A stretch of DNA of 64,000 nt from a virus. Taxonomy: Duplodnaviria > Caudoviricetes. Below are positions 34,467 to 45,254 of this stretch, in pieces. Position 1 is the first letter of the stretch, and each line of letters begins with the position of its first letter. Location: positions 17,751 to 81,750 of IMG/VR virus record IMGVR_UViG_3300028048_000121, one strand, 5' to 3'. The notes beneath the pieces were generated by a model. The model worked only from the letters and a program-made list of their open reading frames with translations, made no database searches and was not told the DNA's origin. A program made the position numbers and the translations under genes.

Positions 34467-35141
34467 TCAAGTCAATTCTTTCTTTTTCCAATAGTAATTT
34501 TTATATTTAGTATGTAATTCTATTGCTCTAGTTAAAGGTTCGTAACAAGTAATATTTAAATAATTTAAAGCTTCTTTTTTAGAATCAAATGTTTTTAATA
34601 AAATTTCATTATCATCAAACATTTGGATAGCAATTTTATTATTTGGTTTTCTTAATTTAGCTTTTTCACTCATAATTTTTTTAGCTTCAGTAGAATGCTT
34701 TTTGCCCTTAAAAGGATTTTCATGCGTTAAAAAATATTCTTTTTGTTGTTTGCTAAGTTTAGCTTTTTCTTTTTTACCTTTATCAGTCTAATAATACTTT
34801 TTTAAAGAATTACTAATTTTTAATTTTAATTCATCGGTTTTTTCTGGGGTTGCATCTCCACCTGCTGTTTGATTATATCCATATAAACTATTATTAGTGT
34901 TATATAAAGCAATTAATTCAATTTCTTTTTGTTTAGCCTATTGCTCTGTTAAATTTGTAAAAAGAATTTTATGCTAAAAATTATTCCATCCATATTTCTA
35001 AATTGCTTTATAAAAAATTTGTCGTTTATAGCCTAAACCATTTTTCCATCTTTTATTTGGATCTTTTTCTGATGTAATACCAATGTATTTTTTATTATTA
35101 ATTTTATTAATATGAATATAAACTTGCCACTTATTTTCCAT
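34467..35141 (-). CDS. GIY-YIG homing endonuclease (TAG read-through)
   Basis: VYIH.N..N.KKYIGIT, GYNQTAGG, NUMOD3-like GKKHSTEAKK; ATG overlaps the primase end. Confidence 0.75.
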
Positions 35142-36246
35142 CGGCATCTAACCTTTCTTGTAATAATTGTAAAAATATTTCTTTTCCCTTGTCAATTGGA
35201 GCATCTTTGTAATCTAATAAATTTTTAGTATCAAATATAAAACTAATATTACAAAAATTTCTATATTTTTGAGAAATCTTTTTTAATTTATTAATCCATA
35301 TTTGATATTCTTCATCTCCTATTTTTTGATATTGTCGATCAAAAGCAATTATAATTTCTTTTACCCCTAAATTATAAAGTAATAAAAATTGATAATTTAA
35401 TAGATTACTACCACAAACCGCCCCTGTAATATCATTTTCAATACCAAAATAACTTGCATATTTTAAGCAACTTTTTTCTGATTCAAAAATAATTGCTTTT
35501 TGAAGTTTTTTTATATTCTCTTTTGAATTATTTAAATTATAAATATTAAAAGACAAAGGATGATTATATAATTTGCCATTTAAATAAGCAGGACGATATT
35601 TACCTTGTATTTGTTCATTCTCTTTGATAAGAGTTCTTTCCCTAATTCCAATAAGATTTCCATCTATATCATAATGTGGTATTACAATACCCTCATTAAT
35701 AGGATCATAACATATTCCTCTTGATTCTATAACATTAAAAGTTATATCTTCTTTTTCCCATGGAATGATGCGGGGATGAGGTAAATATCTTAATATTTTA
35801 TTATCATAAACTTTTAATTCTATAATTTGCGGTTGAGTTTTTTCTTTGTTTCTTTTAAAATTATTAATAATTTGCCAATCTTCATTTGCTTCTTGATTAT
35901 CTTCAAAATCAAAAGTTTCTGCTGTATATCCAAAATATTTAGCGACAAAAGCAATAGCACGAGGTAAGGAAAAATTTTGGATACCAGCAGTTTTATTTAC
36001 TCTTAATACTAAATCATATATATCAAATGAAGCATCTCCGCATCCTGTGTAACAATGAAATAGATGTGTATTTGAATAGTAATAAAGTTTGTGACTCGCA
36101 TTAGTTAAATCACTATTATGACATATTGTTTTACAAATAATACAATTATCTTTAAGAATTGGCTCTGCCCCTAATTCTGTTAATAAATCATAGACTTGCT
36201 CTAAAGTTAATTCTTTTTTTAATTCTTCTTTATCATATTTATACAT
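35131..36246 (-). CDS. DNA primase (zinc finger plus TOPRIM)
   Basis: TICH..HCYTGC zinc finger, IIFESEKS, AFD TOPRIM motifs; TAG-free. Confidence 0.8.
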   Translation of the reverse strand: MYKYDKEELKKELTLEQVYDLLTELGAEPILKDNCIICKTICHNSDLTNASHKLYYYSNTHLFHCYTGCGDASFDIYDLVLRVNKTAGIQNFSLPRAIAFVAKYFGYTAETFDFEDNQEANEDWQIINNFKRNKEKTQPQIIELKVYDNKILRYLPHPRIIPWEKEDITFNVIESRGICYDPINEGIVIPHYDIDGNLIGIRERTLIKENEQIQGKYRPAYLNGKLYNHPLSFNIYNLNNSKENIKKLQKAIIFESEKSCLKYASYFGIENDITGAVCGSNLLNYQFLLLYNLGVKEIIIAFDRQYQKIGDEEYQIWINKLKKISQKYRNFCNISFIFDTKNLLDYKDAPIDKGKEIFLQLLQERLDADGK

Positions 36247-37258
36247 AGCTTTCTATTGCCCTATAAACAGTTCTTTCTGAACATCCAATTTGATTTGCAA
36301 TTTCTTTTTTTGTAAATTTTCCAGTTAAATATAATTTATAAATTTGTTCATATCTTTCAGATTGCATTTTTTTATTTTGTGGATTATAATTATTTCTATT
36401 ATAAATAGGATATTCTTTATAGGTTTTTCCTTTTAACATATCACAAAAAGCATCATAAGATATTTTGTCAGCTACTTCGCTATTTTTCCAAATATCTTTC
36501 ATAGTTAATTGGGTATTTTTATATTGAGTTCTATATTTTATAACTTGTTCTTTTGAAAATTTAAATTGTTTAATTAAATCTCCATCAACATCTTTTCTTG
36601 TTTTTCCAGTTGTTAAGGATGAAATTTGACTTGTTGTTGTATTATATTTTATAGCTAAATCGGTCGTTGGTATACCAGATTTTCTTAATTCACGAATCTA
36701 TTTTACTTGATTGTCGGTAAATTTTTTAACTCCATTTAATTTGCTTAATGGATATATTTCTTTATCACTATGCCAAGTTCTACCAGTATTTATTGCACTA
36801 ATCATTCCCATTGTTGCTTGTGGAATAATTAATTGTATTTCTTTAACAGATTTACCCTTTTTTAATTCTTCTCTTATTATTTTCGCTTCTTGCTAAGTAA
36901 TTTTATGATTTGGTCTTTGTTCACCTTTTAAATGTGGATAAGTCTGTCCTCCAATAGTATGATTATATCCATTTGGAGTTATACTATTAAATTTTCTTAT
37001 ATAATATTGCTCTCTTTCATCCAATAAATTTTCAGAACAATATTCAATTATTTCAAAATTAAAATCAGAATCATTTTGACTTTTCATCATATCTTGATGA
37101 ATTTCCATATTTACTTCTGTTTTTAAGCTACTCTATTTATATTGATCTGGATGTAGAAAACACCAATGACGCCATTTTCTATTTTGTAAATCTACCGCAC
37201 GTCCAATATAAATTTTATTATTTTTTAAATTAGTAATTTTATAAATACCGCTTTTCAT
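36239..37258 (-). CDS. GIY-YIG homing endonuclease with HTH repeats (TAG read-through)
   Basis: SGIYKITN..YIG, GYNHTIGG, C-terminal HTH; joins ORFs 36893 and 36239. Confidence 0.75.
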
Positions 37259-37321
37259 ATGCTATCTCCTATCTGACACAACCTAAATTTAAATAAAGTT
37301 CATTTCTTTCTCTTCTGTGTC

Positions 37322-37365
37322 ATAATATATTAAAATTACTAATAATAAATTAATTAAGTTTGTCC
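37322..37365 (-). promoter_or_regulatory. Putative phage-specific promoter motif
   Basis: GGACAAAC..TAA..TTTTA at position 35. Confidence 0.55.
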
Positions 37366-37368
37366 AAA

Positions 37369-37821
37369 TTATTCATAATAATCTTTTAGTTTAATTTTCA
37401 ATCCAGAAGTTAATATTTGGATCATTTGTAAAATATCGGCATTATCAAAAATAATAAATAAATCAACCATATTATATTCTTCAATATTCCAATCAAAATT
37501 AAATACTTCTCCATGATGAGGTATAATACAAGTAGCTCCAAAATCGCCATCCGTAACCATAATTTCACTATTTATTATATCTGGGCTATATTCCGCAAAT
37601 ACGATTCCACCATCTGGATATTCTTCTATTAATTTTTTAAATTCATTTTTATTTATAATTTTCATAAATCTCTCCTGACTGTCACCACCATGACAAATTG
37701 TGCGGGCGGTGAATAATCCATTTCCCATTGTAGGTTCTCCGCCCAATTCACTTACAAGGTCAAATACTTCTTCTATTGTTAAATTTTCTTTTAATGTATC
37801 TTTATCATATTTGAACCTCAT
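37369..37821 (-). CDS. Chimeric ORF: primase N-terminal remnant (about 48 aa) fused to an unrelated small protein
   Basis: KYDKDTLKENLTIEEVFDLVSELGGEP...TICHGGDS aligns by eye with the N-terminus of the primase at 36246; an internal AGGAGAG-ATG (MKIINK) follows. Confidence 0.6.
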   Translation of the reverse strand: MRFKYDKDTLKENLTIEEVFDLVSELGGEPTMGNGLFTARTICHGGDSQERFMKIINKNEFKKLIEEYPDGGIVFAEYSPDIINSEIMVTDGDFGATCIIPHHGEVFNFDWNIEEYNMVDLFIIFDNADILQMIQILTSGLKIKLKDYYE

Positions 37822-37831
37822 ATTAACCCCT

Positions 37832-38017
37832 TTAATGTAATATCATAGCAAAAAAATTTATAATTGGATGCTGTTTTGCGATTATATCAATTTTTTGACA
37901 AGTTTCTTCAGCTTTTCTCCAATTCCCGCACCATAGTACAAAACCCAACCAGCTCCATAAGGATTTTAATTCTTTATATGTTTTCATATTCTTTAATATA
38001 GGCTTGTAAACAACCAT
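37832..38017 (-). CDS. Small hypothetical protein (probable start MKTYK)
   Basis: Short ORF in the operon gap. Confidence 0.4.
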   Translation of the reverse strand: MVVYKPILKNMKTYKELKSLWSWLGFVLWCGNWRKAEETCQKIDIIAKQHPIINFFAMILH

Positions 38018-38390
38018 CTTTTGGTAATATTACAACAGTTTTATTAACTGAAGATTTTGTTATAATATCTCCAATCCATTTATCCCAATTTATTTCAATT
38101 AAAGCTGTAAAATCAATATTATTTCCTCTTTTGATATATCTATCTTTATAGATAGAAACATCAGTAAAAGGAGGCACTACAACAGTATATCTTACTTCCA
38201 TTTGTTCAAATTGTTCTAACAACTGAGGATGAGTAGACACCATAACATTATATCCATTATCACTCATGTGTTTTGCTACTTTTGCATAACGAACCCAATC
38301 TTTCTCAAATGGGGTACTTTCTAAATCTACCCAATTAGAAAATTTTGCTAAGATAGATTTTCCAACCCCAGGAAAACCACAAATAATCAT
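37974..38390 (-). CDS. P-loop nucleotide kinase-like protein
   Basis: IICGFPGVGKS, DLES motifs. Confidence 0.65.
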   Translation of the reverse strand: MIICGFPGVGKSILAKFSNWVDLESTPFEKDWVRYAKVAKHMSDNGYNVMVSTHPQLLEQFEQMEVRYTVVVPPFTDVSIYKDRYIKRGNNIDFTALIEINWDKWIGDIITKSSVNKTVVILPKDGCLQAYIKEYENI

Positions 38391-38563
38391 TTATTTATTT
38401 CCTCCTTATATTTTTTTATTAACTCTAATGCGTCAGCAGTTAAATGTTGAACACATATTCTTGGAGGATAATTGTCATAATTACAATCACTACAAGCATC
38501 TGGAACTCCACAACAACATCGTTCAAGTGACCAAATAATATTATCTTCTGTCATTTTTTCTCC

Positions 38564-41117
38564 TTAAAACGCACTTGCTTCAATTTTAGGTGTAACTTTA
38601 ATTTTTAAATCTTCAATATCCATTAGTTCATAATTATAATTAGTTATAAATATAGGATCAATACGACATATTCCTCTATCAGATTTACACCAAAGAAGAA
38701 TATCTTTATATCTTCCTCGTCTATTTTTATAAACAGAAATTTTTATATCAGGCATTTCAATACCCATAGAATTAACAATATTTTTTAATGCTTCTCTATC
38801 ATCTTGACTGACTTGAAGCATAATCATACCACAGTCAATTTTATCTGCAATAGCTTTTGCCATATACTCCAATATTTCTATTGGTACTGACTATATTTTA
38901 ACAACATATGTTGCTATATCTCTTTCGATTTTTCAGATGCTTCGTTTCCTAAAACATCGCTACGTGCTAATAGTAGCTCTACTCCCCAGCATTTCAACCT
39001 AAGGGATAGTCGATAGCCCGCTCTAATTACTTCTCATCATAAAAAGATGGATTATTAATCATTTTCCATAAAGTGCCATAACCCACATAACACTCAGGAG
39101 TTTTACTAAATTTGTTTAATGACAAACCACTTTCTTTATATAACTCAGTTATCAAATCTCGATCTTGTTTAGAATATGCTCCTTTATGAGGATTATTTTT
39201 GAAAACCTCTGCTTTAATATGTTTCCAAGTTTTTCCATGCCACATTCTTAAAAATCCACTATAACTTATTTTATTTAAAAAATATTGATTATAAATATCC
39301 CGACTTCTTAATCCTTTTTGATAACATTCTCTACAAAAAACAACATCGCTTTCTGATAATAGAGCCATCCCATGCTCTTCTCCTTTGTGGATTGTATTAT
39401 ATCCAGGTAAATCTCCACCAGGAGTTTCATTATAATGCTATCTATTATTATAAGTATTGAATTTATTAATCCAAAAAATTTCTCTTTGTTTCATAGTTTC
39501 AACATCTTTTAAATTATCTTCTAAAATTTTAAAATCAAAATTATCAATTCCATATTTTCTAATTGCACGATGAATTGCTAAATTATAATCTTTGTTATTT
39601 ATATTAAAAGATGCTGAAAGATGATCATTATAGCGTCTTTTTGGATCTTTCGCAAATCCAATATACATATGTCCATTGATTTTATTCGTATATTGATATA
39701 TACAATTCAAATTTTTACCTCCTTTCTTTTTATTTTATTGGGTTAAGTAATTAGAATGAGACGGGATTGCCTTCAGCTTAACCTGGTCAGGTTTCCCCGT
39801 TAGCCGCTTTATTCGCGACCCCTCTTAGCAAAAGAGGATAAGATATATTAAGGCACAAATAATTATTCTACCTCTCAATAAATTCTGATCATATTGTTGA
39901 GCTGATACATAATCTGCATTTAATTGAGTAGCTGACATTACAAAAACGCCATATTGATTACATAAATCTTTAATTCTTACACTAATCATAAAAAGAATAT
40001 TATCTTCTCTTAATCCTTTAACTCCAGCTTTTGAACTAATTTCACTAAGAATTTTCATACTTGAATGAATATAATCCATAAATACATATCTTACATCATA
40101 TTGACGAATACCAAATTTAATTGTATTTTCAATATCTTGTAATGAAAAATCTGGAAGTTTTTTAATATATAAAGGACTTTTTGAAAGAATTGCGGCAGCT
40201 TCACTTACTCGCTCCCACTCACCTTCGGTATATGTATTTTCAAGAATATGATCTTCATTTACTCCAGATAGGAAAGCAATCATCATGGTTTGGATTTCAT
40301 CTTCTTCCTGCTCTGTAGTTATAAATTGAGTTGGTTCTCGAGTTCCATTATCTTCCCATTGTTTTGTTTCAAGATTATAAATTTTATTACAAGCAATAGA
40401 ACAAGCATCTGCAATCATGGAACGAGTTTTTCCAACACCAGTAGCCGCAGACCGCAAATAAAACTTTTTTAATCTTGCTCCTCGGTGGATTGCATTAACT
40501 AACCTTCCGTAAAGAGGATAACCAATCTCTGGATTATTTTTTAATCTTTCAAGAAGTGTTAATGCACCATCTCCAGCCTGAATCACTCCATCTTCTGAAT
40601 TATCTACATATTTAGCTTTAATTTCATCAATTTTATCATTAATAACATTAGCAATTTCATTGATTGGAGTATTATCAAACCATGATTCTTGTGCTTCTTT
40701 CTTTTTTGCATCTAATACATTATCAGGATCGTATAACCATGATAAATCCATTCCAACACTTTTATTATACATTCTTAAAAGTGTCATTTTTTTCATACGA
40801 TTATAATAATAATCAAATGCTGCAAGTTGGCATATTTCTTTAATATTTTCCAAATATTCAGAACCTTTGTTTACTTTATATATAGCATATTTTTTTGGTC
40901 TTTGCTCTAAATATTTTTCTATATCTTCAATAGAAATCTGCTTTGCCCCAAGTTGATGAAGATTATAAATAGAACCAAATAAAATTCTATGGAATTCTTG
41001 CGGGAAGTCTTGCTCATTAAATTTATATTTATCTTCTAAATCCAAAAGAGAAGGATTAATAAAAACATCTCCAATTACTTGCATATTTGCAGATACATCA
41101 ACATATTTTGAACTCAT
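38564..41117 (-). CDS. dnaB: DnaB-like replicative helicase, two exons (41117-39870 and 38860-38564)
   Basis: AATGVGKT, ITTE, FMDYIH, SATQLN; the spliced junction restores LLRG|AKAIADKID, then VYKNRRG. Confidence 0.88.
38861..39869 (-). mobile_element. Group I intron in dnaB
   Basis: Exon ends in U; GAGGU pairs with IGS GCCUU (U.G); UUUGU pairs with 3' exon GCAAA (P10); P7 GACUAU/AUAGUC; terminal G; in-frame exon join. Confidence 0.9.
39027..39710 (-). CDS. Intron-encoded GIY-YIG endonuclease (1 TAG)
   Basis: CIYQYTN..N..YIG, NR*HYNETPGG; TTG start after GGAGG; joins ORFs 39438 and 39027. Confidence 0.85.
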
Positions 41118-41632
41118 CCATTATCTCCCTCTTCCAACCACATATGCGGTGGCCGCACATATACTCGCGGTGATTCAATATTTATTATTCTTTCTTTTGG
41201 TATCGTAAAATTAGAAATATCTTTTTCTTTATTTATTAATTGCGCCTGGTATAAAGCATAATAATAATTTAAGGCTTGCTTATAGATATAAGGAATAATT
41301 CCTATACTACCATTACTTTTGTCTAAAGAATTACCTTCTTTTTCATAATACCATTTAAGAGTTTTTAACATTCCGCTATATGTATAATTATTTTCTTTTA
41401 CATATTTTTCTGCTAATTTTTTAGTTAATAAATAATTATAATCTTCTCCAAATAAAATTTTTACATAATTATAAAAAGCTTCTATATCTTTTTCTTCTTC
41501 TGTCATGTTGGCTAAATGATTTTCCCAACATTTAATATGAGCATATCTACGAGCGGAGACCTGTTTTGTTGGTTCATTATCTCTATCAAACTGTTCACCG
41601 CAATATAAACATTTTACATAATGATGAGCCAT
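41114..41632 (-). CDS. Zinc-binding protein coupled to dnaB
   Basis: CLYC..H..C; ATGA overlap with dnaB. Confidence 0.6.
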   Translation of the reverse strand: MAHHYVKCLYCGEQFDRDNEPTKQVSARRYAHIKCWENHLANMTEEEKDIEAFYNYVKILFGEDYNYLLTKKLAEKYVKENNYTYSGMLKTLKWYYEKEGNSLDKSNGSIGIIPYIYKQALNYYYALYQAQLINKEKDISNFTIPKERIINIESPRVYVRPPHMWLEEGDNG

Positions 41633-41729
41633 ATAATCTCCTTAAAAATTTTCTATTTATATTATAACAAAAAAAAGAAAACTTGTCAAAGTAATAAAAC
41701 CTTTGACAAGTTTCTTTAAAAATATATAA

Positions 41730-42770
41730 TTATTCTGAAGGAAATTCTTTGGAAAGTAAGAGGAGATCATCATAAATCAAAGATAAAGCTTCAACCTGTT
41801 CTCTCGAACACTGACTCATCTTTTGACCTTTACCTAAATATCTATCAGTAATCTGAACGATACGAGGCTGATAAAATTCTCTAAAGATTTCTTCAGAATT
41901 ATTATCAATCATTCCCTTAATTAGATTATTACAATTCTTCATTAACTCATCAAAATTAAGGTCTTTAGTAGTATCTGTATAAAGATTATTTTTCTTATCT
42001 GTAAAATATTCTTGTCCATCTTCTTGAGCTTGTTTATCAATTGCATCAGAAATAGCTTTAACAAGATTATCATAAGAAAAATCAATATAATCTGGTGTAT
42101 ATTTAAATCTAGAACCAGCTTCATATCTTGGAGTGCCACGCATAAAAAGCTTAGTTATATTATTGCCATCTTTATCCGTAACAATTCTAGAATATCCAAT
42201 AATATCTGCCATTCTAGCTACAATATTATTTGCTCTTTTATCAAGAGTTGGAACAATCTTATTATACTCTGCACCAGCTTCATCTTTAAAAACCTTATCT
42301 GTTGCATGAGAAATAAGAATAAGACCGTAATCCATCATAACAATAGATCTAAGACATTCATCAAATTCTTTTGATACAAGTCCATATCCTTTACCAAAAG
42401 GAATGTCACTAATACTATCAACCCCATAGCCGCCATCTGAACGAAGTGCATTGTCACAAATATATTTAGTGCAATAATCATAAGCAATATCACAAGTATC
42501 AATAGTAATAGTATAAAATTTTTCTTTTGCTTTTGGATCTTTGAGCTGGCGGAGAACTTTCCTAAATTCTGCCCAGTTATTAATAGGCTGCGCCATTACG
42601 CCAGGAATGGCATTATAACCTTTTTCAAAAGCTAAAAGAAGGTTATTTTCAAATTTTGATGCGGTTGTTGTCTTACCAGACTTTGGTTCTCCGTAGAAAA
42701 AGATCGAGTATCCGCGAAGATTTCTACTCACTTGATGCGGCTAAATGTTAAAAATATTAATATCTGCCAT
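41730..42770 (-). CDS. AAA_24/Sak4-like ATPase, putative recombinase (TAG at codon 10)
   Basis: YGEPKSGKTT, ITIDT, LISH; ATG 42770 with SD AAGGA. Confidence 0.7.
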
Positions 42771-42822
42771 AATGATAATATCCTTTCTTTATAAGAAAGG
42801 GAGAAAATTAATTCTCCCTTTA

Positions 42823-43812
42823 TTAAAATTTAAACTCTCCTACGGAAACGGTATTCTGAGCAGCTTTTGTTGCAGCCGCAACATCAAAATTTGCCCCATT
42901 CGTTGCTTTGGTTGTCTGACGTTCATTAAATCTCTTTTCAACTTCAGCAAGCTTAATCTGACGATCCTGAGCCATCTTACTTACATCTGTTGCAGTAAGA
43001 ACTTCTTCGTCACCAAAATCATAAGGAACTTTTGCAGTACCAGTAATCACATATTCACGGCTCTTTCTTTCATAAGTCTGAACTGCCGCCTCACCAAATG
43101 CAGATTCTTCCTTCTTTTCCGTCTTAATTGTCATGCAATTAATGCGTCCCCAAACTTTTGTAAAAGTAGGATTAGAAGGAGATGCATCAAGTCCTTCAAA
43201 ATAGCTCATTCCCATTGCATTACGAACAACGAAAGATACAGGAAGAAGAACTGGACCATAACCAAAAATTGCGCCACTAACTGTTGCAAAATCTTCTGTA
43301 ATATTCTTATCAGGATCCGCATCAACATGAGTTACTTTTGTAATAAGCATGTCAGTGGAAAAAGTACTTCTCTCTGCTTCTGGACCAAATTCAGCAACGA
43401 TGGTGCAGAAACCGTTTTCATTCCTTGGCGCAGCTACCTTAGAACCATCTGCCGCAATAAAATCATTAATACCGATAGATGTTCCAGTACACTGAACCTT
43501 AAAAGCATTTTCCTTGCCGCCATTAATCCAAGTCTTATCTGGATTATCAATAATCTTCTTTAATGCAACATATGTATTATTGGTCTGACCGCTCTTTGCA
43601 TATGTAGGTGTTACATAAGAATAATGAACTGTAACAACATTCAGACCATTTTCATCTGTTGCAATATCGAGGTCACCTGCAATATATTTCGTACCAGGGT
43701 TTTTTGAATTTTCTCCAGTTACTCTTTCAGAAAGCTGATTAAAATTACTACCTGTGCTATAAACATATCCTTCAATTTTCTCTGTGTTAATAAATTTTGC
43801 GTTTGTTTTCAT
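42823..43812 (-). CDS. Putative single-stranded DNA-binding protein
   Basis: Adjacent to the recombinase; beta-rich; ends in F; high-expression codon use. Confidence 0.55.
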   Translation of the reverse strand: MKTNAKFINTEKIEGYVYSTGSNFNQLSERVTGENSKNPGTKYIAGDLDIATDENGLNVVTVHYSYVTPTYAKSGQTNNTYVALKKIIDNPDKTWINGGKENAFKVQCTGTSIGINDFIAADGSKVAAPRNENGFCTIVAEFGPEAERSTFSTDMLITKVTHVDADPDKNITEDFATVSGAIFGYGPVLLPVSFVVRNAMGMSYFEGLDASPSNPTFTKVWGRINCMTIKTEKKEESAFGEAAVQTYERKSREYVITGTAKVPYDFGDEEVLTATDVSKMAQDRQIKLAEVEKRFNERQTTKATNGANFDVAAATKAAQNTVSVGEFKF

Positions 43813-43875
43813 TAAATTATTTTCTCCTTATTAAATCAACTTTATTTCTGTATTTATATTATATCAAAAATTTTT

Positions 43876-44283
43876 TTAATTTTCAAGTTGATAACTCTTA
43901 CCAGCTTCAGTAAGAGAATATTTAACAGGATCCTTTCCTGTTTTTTCAACATAACCATCTGCAATTAGTTTTCGCATAGAACCAGCAATAGAGCGGCCGC
44001 TAGTAAAAAGAGCCTCCGCCGCCTCCTTAGATGTAAAAACATTAGACATTGCATCTGTATTCTCTTGCATCCAAGAAAGCAACTTTTTGCCATTTTCTGT
44101 TATTGCTGCTCCTGAATCTTTTACTTTTCCGTCTTTAAAATCTTTCCAAAACTCCATCGCAATATCATAATCATTTGTTGTAATATTATATTTTTCACTT
44201 ATATCATTCATATAAGTTATCTCATCTTCAGCAATTTTAATTGCAACCTCAATAAATTTAATAAAAGTTTCTTTCTTAGTCAT
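43876..44283 (-). CDS. Winged-helix DNA-binding protein
   Basis: FTSKEAAEAL..SGRSIAGSMRKL..DGYVEK. Confidence 0.6.
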   Translation of the reverse strand: MTKKETFIKFIEVAIKIAEDEITYMNDISEKYNITTNDYDIAMEFWKDFKDGKVKDSGAAITENGKKLLSWMQENTDAMSNVFTSKEAAEALFTSGRSIAGSMRKLIADGYVEKTGKDPVKYSLTEAGKSYQLEN

Positions 44284-44351
44284 TTGCGATTTTTTCCTTT
44301 TTATTTATAATATAATTTTTATCTTATAATTATATTATAACATTTTATTTT

Positions 44352-45251
44352 TTATTTTTCAATTTGAAAAGGAATATTTTCATCATCAAAAATTAAATAT
44401 TGAGCATAAGGAAGCTCACGTGCCCATTTAATAAAATTTATTTTAGATGGGTCATCTTGCCCGCTCCACTCATTTAATTTATGATTACGTCTTTGTCCAG
44501 GAGAACAAATGGCGCGGATAGTCTCATAATTAGCTGTCCAAGTTCTCGTTTGAAGCCAACTTTCAGGCAGCCACCGCACAAGTTCTTTCCAATATCTTTT
44601 ATCTTTTGTTTCAAGATATTTTTGACGAAGAAATTCGAGTTGTTCAATTAAAAGTTCAGAGAACATATTAATATCATTTTCAGCAGGTCCGCCCGCATAT
44701 TCTGGGATGCTATAATAAATTAAATCAGAATGCATATCATCTGTTTCAAAACAATCAAGAGTAATTGGCGTTACAGCTAATTTATGCATTTTAGATGTAC
44801 TATTAGCAACAGTAGCAACTTTGTAGGTGTCAATTTCGCTCCAAAAATACATTGGCGCAGTAATATCAACAGAAACAAAAATTTGACGTAAAAACTTGCG
44901 GTGTTCAGGACCAGCTTTAATTAATGTTTGAGCGAGCTTCATATCATTTGGTCCGATAAAAGCTACTTCTGCAGCGCCATCGCATTCATTAATTTTTAAT
45001 ATACCATTATTAATTAATTTTTCAGAATATTGCTCACAAAGGCTATCACCTTCTTCAGTATATTGATCCGGCCAGTTGAGATCTGGATGTGATAAATTAA
45101 TCCAATTATCTGCAATTTCACTTTCATGAGGATATTCATCAATATTAATAATCCCAAAAAAACTATCACTATTATTCCAACTGTTTTTAGGATTTCTCAT
45201 ACCCCGTAGGGCGCCTTCAAAATTAGATACATATGTATTTTCAAATTTCAT
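44352..45251 (-). CDS. ThyX-like flavin-dependent thymidylate synthase (phage type)
   Basis: HRKFLRQI, APMYFWSEIDTY, NSTSKMH, LPESWLQ, HKLNEW. Confidence 0.65.
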   Translation of the reverse strand: MKFENTYVSNFEGALRGMRNPKNSWNNSDSFFGIINIDEYPHESEIADNWINLSHPDLNWPDQYTEEGDSLCEQYSEKLINNGILKINECDGAAEVAFIGPNDMKLAQTLIKAGPEHRKFLRQIFVSVDITAPMYFWSEIDTYKVATVANSTSKMHKLAVTPITLDCFETDDMHSDLIYYSIPEYAGGPAENDINMFSELLIEQLEFLRQKYLETKDKRYWKELVRWLPESWLQTRTWTANYETIRAICSPGQRRNHKLNEWSGQDDPSKINFIKWARELPYAQYLIFDDENIPFQIEK

Positions 45252-45254
45252 ATT

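Noticed and set aside
38861-38872. Independent gene starting MEYMAKAIAD (track ORF 38564-38872)
   Set aside because: The first four codons are intron 3' sequence; the rest is dnaB exon 2.
42745-43563. 272-aa + strand ORF (and similar antisense track ORFs such as 16849, 42012, 61083)
   Set aside because: Antisense shadows of well-supported genes, with no SD or protein motifs.
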